19,605 bases of DNA from Candidatus Njordarchaeota archaeon (GTDB taxonomy: Archaea > Asgardarchaeota > Njordarchaeia > Njordarchaeales > JAHKLH01), in NCBI GenBank assembly GCA_029856635.1, contig JAHKLH010000006.1:1-19605 (forward strand). Direction: 5' to 3'. Shown one piece after another: positions 17,040 through 19,605 of this stretch. A model generated the notes under the pieces. That model worked only from the letters and a program-made list of their open reading frames with translations, was not told where the DNA came from and ran no database searches. Position 1 is the first letter of the stretch. Every line of letters starts with the position of its first letter. The translations under genes and the position numbers were made by a program.

Positions 17040-17915
17040 GTGAATTTCATGGCGGAGGAAGAAAGAAAAATCATTCCCAGCATTATCAAGGAAAATATTC
17101 TTGAATTACTGAAAGAAGAAAAAAGAATTGACGGAAGAAAACTATTCGAATTCAGGAAGTTAAGAATAATCCCTGGGCCAATTGAGAAAGCAGAGGGAAG
17201 CGCATTAGTGCTCTTAGGAAACACAAAAGTGCTTGTTGGAGTAAAAATGTCACTAGGAAAACCATTTCCAGACACACCTAATGAAGGAGTACTCGTAGTA
17301 AATGCCGAATTTCAACCAGTTGCTTCTCCTTATTGGGAACTTGGTCCAAATGAATATGCAATTGAACTAGCGAGGGTAGTGGATCGCGCAATAAGATCGT
17401 CAGGAATGGTAGCATTAGATGAACTTGTCATACATCCCGGCGAACTCTGCTGGGTAATAAACGTGGACATATATCCAATAGACGACAATGGAAACTTAAT
17501 TGACACAGCATTAATTGGAGCTGTAGCAGCATTACTAACAACAAGAGTTCCTGAAATAGATTTTTCAAGCGGAAAACCACAGTTAAAAAGAGAAGAAGGA
17601 AAACCATTACCAATACGCGACATACCAATATCATGTACATTCGCAAAAATAGGCGAACAAATGGTACTAGACCCAAACAAACAAGAAGAGTGTCTCATGA
17701 GTGCAAGACTAACAATAGCAGTAAACTCCGCTAATGAAATATGCACAATCCAGAAAATGAAAGGAGGAGGATTCACAATCGATGATATCATTAGAGCAAA
17801 AGACATAACAATTCAAAAAGCAAAAGATCTACGAAGAGAAATACAGAAACAAGTAGCAGAAAAAGCAAGAGGAGAAGAAATCTGGAAAGAAATCAGAGAA
17901 GTACTTACAAGTTAA
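17040..17915 (+). CDS. rrp42: Exosome complex subunit Rrp42 (RNase PH-like, non-catalytic)
   Basis: ...RIDGRKLFEFRKLRI...AEGSALVLLGNTKVLVGVK... has an RNase PH fold pattern and lies immediately after rrp41. GTG at 17040 abuts the rrp41 stop; an ATG at 17049 is an alternative. Confidence 0.9.
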   Translation: MNFMAEEERKIIPSIIKENILELLKEEKRIDGRKLFEFRKLRIIPGPIEKAEGSALVLLGNTKVLVGVKMSLGKPFPDTPNEGVLVVNAEFQPVASPYWELGPNEYAIELARVVDRAIRSSGMVALDELVIHPGELCWVINVDIYPIDDNGNLIDTALIGAVAALLTTRVPEIDFSSGKPQLKREEGKPLPIRDIPISCTFAKIGEQMVLDPNKQEECLMSARLTIAVNSANEICTIQKMKGGGFTIDDIIRAKDITIQKAKDLRREIQKQVAEKARGEEIWKEIREVLTS

Positions 17916-17920
17916 AAATG
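17912..17920 (+). promoter_or_regulatory. Candidate TATA box for sRNA-3 (TTAAAAATG), overlapping the rrp42 stop codon
   Basis: A/T box about 22-27 nt upstream of the sRNA-3 5' region. It shares its core with the boxes upstream of sRNA-1 and sRNA-2. Confidence 0.4.
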
Positions 17921-17940
17921 AATCAACAGTATAATATATT

Positions 17941-17995
17941 GGGATGATGAATTTAGCCTTGTCTGAAGAATGATGAGCGATGGGCAGTCTGACAA
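17941..17995 (+). ncRNA. C/D box sRNA, sRNA-3
   Basis: gggAUGAUGA (C, 17944-17950), 12-nt guide AUUUAGCCUUGU, CUGA (D', 17963-17966), AGA, AUGAUGA (C', 17970-17976), 12-nt guide GCGAUGGGCAGU, CUGA (D, 17989-17992). Confidence 0.85.
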
Positions 17996-18175
17996 AACTA
18001 CAAAATCATGGCTAGAAAATTATCACAACCATATATTTTCGAAAATTAGTTTTAGATCATCACTAACATAACAGAAGAGGTAACAAAAAATCCTTTCCTT
18101 ATAACTCGTTAACCCTTAGTTACAAGATTCCCCAACAGAAACATTAAACAAAAACAATTTCAGTTAAAGATTAAG

Positions 18176-18185
18176 CTTTTTATAT
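18176..18185 (+). promoter_or_regulatory. Candidate TATA box (TTTTTATATG region) for the 5S rRNA precursor
   Basis: TATA-like box about 25 nt upstream of where the sequence turns GC-rich (about 18207-18212). T-runs at 18384-18387 and 18404-18408 follow the GC-rich block. Confidence 0.5.
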
Positions 18186-18215
18186 GTTAACTCATTCTAT
18201 ACATAACGGTCTAAG

Positions 18216-18371
18216 GCGGGCTCCCCGGAAGCTAAGCCGCGCCACGACGGGCTGCTAGGAGGGTGCGCGAGCCCCTCCGAAGGCTCGTTGCTGCCAGCTC
18301 CATTCGGGGCTGGCGGCCACAGGGCGCGGGATAACGCCCGTTCCCATTCCGAACACGGAAAGGAGCCCGTC
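18216..18371 (+). other. 5S rRNA precursor unit, including leader/trailer processing helix and BHB-like motif
   Basis: Leader GGCGGGCUCC (18216-18225) pairs with trailer GGAGCCCGUC (18362-18371): 10 bp including one G-U. Inside it lie the 3-nt bulge A18359-A18361, central helix C18226:G18358, C18227:G18357, G18228:C18356 plus a G18229/A18355 mismatch, and the 3-nt bulge A18230-G18232. Confidence 0.6.
18232..18360 (+). rRNA. 5S rRNA, circularly permuted gene (order: 3' half, 4-nt loop, 5' half)
   Basis: 18306-18360 GGGGCUGGCGGCCACAGGGCGCGGGAUAACGCCCGUUCCCAUUCCGAACACGGAA is a canonical archaeal 5S 5' half. 18232-18301 GCUAAGCCGCGCCACGACGGGCUGCUAGGAGGGUGCGCGAGCCCCUCCGAAGGCUCGUUGCUGCCAGCUCC is the canonical 3' half. 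Helices I, II (GGCGCGG/CCGCGCC), III (UUCC/GGAA), IV (GGAGGG/CCCUCC) and V (ACGGGCU/GGCUCGU) all form only after rotation. Confidence 0.85.
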
Positions 18372-18484
18372 GTCCTTGATTAATTTTCATTAAAATTCTC
18401 CTATTTTTAGTTCAATGTCAACGAAATTCTTTATTAAGGTTTAAAGGTATCTTAAGTGAGTATTTGTGAGAGAATGGTGATGAG

Positions 18485-19147
18485 ATGTCTGGAATAAGAA
18501 GCGAAATTCGTGTTCGAATTTCAAGTGATGTTAAAGAGATGGAAAAGCTCGGCGAAACTAAGCTAGCTCCTATTTCAGCTTATGTGAAATACGGTGTCCA
18601 CATAGGTACAAACAAACTAACTAAGGACATGCGTCGTTTTGTATACAAGAAGAAACATGGAGTTTGGCTTCTAAATATTATACAAACTGACGAAAGGCTT
18701 CGGCTTGCTGCAAGGCTTTTATCCCTCTATGATTCAGAAGACGTTGCCGTTTTTGCACTAAGATTATATGCACAAAAACCAGCTCTTAAATTTTCCAAAT
18801 ACACGGGATTTAAATGTTTCATTGGACGCGCCACACCAGGAACACTAACAAACCCTGCACTTGTTAGTTATACCGAGCCAGAAATCATTCTAATCACTGA
18901 CCCAGCAAAAGAGAGACATATTATTGAAGAAGCAAATTTGAGAGGAATTCCTATTATTGCACTCGTTGATACAAATAATACTCTCTCCTGGGTTGACTTT
19001 GCAATTCCATCAAATAACAAGGGAAGAAAAGCATTAGCATTTGTCTTTTGGTTATTAACAAATGCCATATTGAGAGAAAAGGGACTTTTGCAAGAAAATC
19101 AAACAATTGATGAAACTCCAGAAAGCTTTATGGTAATGCTAGCATAA
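18485..19147 (+). CDS. rps2: 30S ribosomal protein S2 (uS2)
   Basis: ...YVKYGVHIGT...VWLLNIIQTDERLRLAARLL...ILITDPAKERHIIEEANLRGIPIIALVDTNNTLSWVDFAIPSNNKGRKALAFVFWLL... is the uS2 family signature. Confidence 0.92.
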   Translation: MSGIRSEIRVRISSDVKEMEKLGETKLAPISAYVKYGVHIGTNKLTKDMRRFVYKKKHGVWLLNIIQTDERLRLAARLLSLYDSEDVAVFALRLYAQKPALKFSKYTGFKCFIGRATPGTLTNPALVSYTEPEIILITDPAKERHIIEEANLRGIPIIALVDTNNTLSWVDFAIPSNNKGRKALAFVFWLLTNAILREKGLLQENQTIDETPESFMVMLA

Positions 19148-19301
19148 GAAGGCAAACCAGAATTTTTAACGCAATATTGCTTAGGATTATTAATGATATA
19201 ATTCAGAGTCTTTTCTTAGAAATTGAAAGTAAAAGATTGTTACAAAAATAATGAAATTCATTAGAAGAAATTGTAAAAATTATTTAACAAAGGAAACGAT
19301 T

Positions 19302-19605
19302 TTATTCTTCCTCGGAGGACTCTGGCGTCTTTGTCTCTTCGCCCTTCTCTTCAAAAGCTGATTTGGCCGCTATTATGTCATCTATTCTCAGAATTGTCAT
19401 TGCAGCCTCAACAGCAGCTTTATAGACGGTTTTTCTTACTCTGATGGGATCGAATATTCCGGACTTTGTTAGATCCTCAACCTTTAGTGTGAATAGATTT
19501 ATACCATATCCATGTTCGCCCCTGGCATGGTGTGCACGTAGTTCTGCAAGGGTTTCAATTACATCAAGACCGCCGCTTTCAATTAAAGCTGTTGCTACTC
19601 TTTCA
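19302..19605 (-). CDS. Thermosome (group II chaperonin) subunit, C-terminal fragment truncated by the window end
   Basis: Not in the ORF track. My minus-strand translation gives ...ERVATALIESGGLDVIETLAELRAHHARGEHGYGINLFTLKVEDLTKSGIFDPIRVRKTVYKAAVEAAMTILRIDDIIAAKSAFEEKGEETKTPESSEEE, with stop TAA at 19304-19302. This is a classic thermosome equatorial-domain C-terminus. Confidence 0.9.
   Translation of the reverse strand, partial: ERVATALIESGGLDVIETLAELRAHHARGEHGYGINLFTLKVEDLTKSGIFDPIRVRKTVYKAAVEAAMTILRIDDIIAAKSAFEEKGEETKTPESSEEE

Noticed and set aside
10460-17806. Other ORF-track entries nested antisense in larger genes (10460-10888, 11849-12034, 12044-12340, 12911-13255, 14899-15111, 15717-15944, 16031-16228, 16232-16441, 16297-16545, 16481-16837, 16982-17275, 17330-17806, 17428-17676)
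   Set aside because: Each overlaps a longer ORF with a clear family assignment or better coding character on the opposite strand. Their Ser/Leu-rich compositions are typical of shadow frames.
18067-18073. GTGATGA (minus strand) in the spacer between sRNA-3 and the 5S promoter
   Set aside because: No D' or D CUGA boxes lie at the required 12-nt spacings downstream on that strand. The only CUGA is on the wrong (5') side.
18308-18338. Short complementarity between neighbouring sRNA guides and the 5S rRNA: the sRNA-2 D guide with GGCUGGCG (18308-18315, 8 bp including a G-U), and the sRNA-1 D' guide with UAACGCC (18332-18338, 7 bp)
   Set aside because: With six guides and a roughly 160-nt GC-rich target, 7-8 nt matches are expected by chance at appreciable frequency. 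This is below the 9-10 bp or more usually needed for guided methylation. It is only worth rechecking if 5S methylation data become available.
18216-18371. An alternative reading of the 5S locus as a truncated tandem duplication or mis-assembly, or as a minus-strand or ordinary co-linear 5S
   Set aside because: - The flanks outside 18216-18371 are AT-rich non-5S sequence, so no second partial copy is present.
- The two halves are joined by a precise 4-nt loop that continues helix I.
- The outer flanks are mutually complementary.
- The conserved motifs read correctly only on the + strand and only after rotation.

Mis-assembly cannot be fully excluded without reads.
18476-18496. GGUGAUGAgauguCUGG resembling a C box plus D box
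   Set aside because: It overlaps the rps2 ribosome-binding site and start codon. The spacing is 5 nt rather than 12, and CUGG is not a D box.
1-19605. Search for CRISPR arrays, transposases/integrases, IS ends, prophage or defence-island content
   Set aside because: I saw no regularly spaced direct repeats and no recombinase-like or nuclease-island ORFs. The window reads as core chromosome.

Overview
The window is visibly AT-rich archaeal chromosome. It holds housekeeping genes and five small, GC-rich stable RNA genes. Supported content, in order:
- tRNA-Gly(GCC) and aIF6.
- Two C/D box sRNAs on the minus strand, bracketing a small ORF.
- An MgtC/DUF4010 membrane protein.
- An unknown 249-aa ORF, exosome cap subunit Csl4 and an 84-aa Cys-containing ORF.
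- A CdvB/ESCRT-III-like protein followed by an overlapping tandem winged-helix protein.
- MBF1, divergent from an SF2 (Hef/FANCM-like) helicase with degenerate ATPase motifs.
- L30e, archaeal NusA and a DUF72 protein.
- A 529-aa orphan helical protein and a small beta-rich membrane protein.
- A DUF4350 gene and a large DUF4129 surface-protein gene, translationally coupled to an inverted Rrp4.
- Rrp41 and Rrp42, then a third C/D box sRNA and a 5S rRNA gene.
- Ribosomal protein uS2 and the 3' end of a thermosome gene.

The main finding is the 5S rRNA gene at about 18216-18371. Every canonical 5S helix and conserved motif is present, but the gene is circularly permuted. The 3' half is encoded first. 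Helix I is closed by a 4-nt loop where the normal termini should be. The 5' half follows. A 10-bp leader/trailer helix, two 3-nt bulges and a short central helix have the geometry of an archaeal bulge-helix-bulge (BHB) splice site. The predicted cuts would rejoin exactly the conserved ...CACGGAA|GCUAAGCC... sequence. I know of no description of a permuted archaeal 5S rRNA, although permuted tRNA and SRP RNA genes are precedents. I saw no CRISPR array, transposase or integrase.
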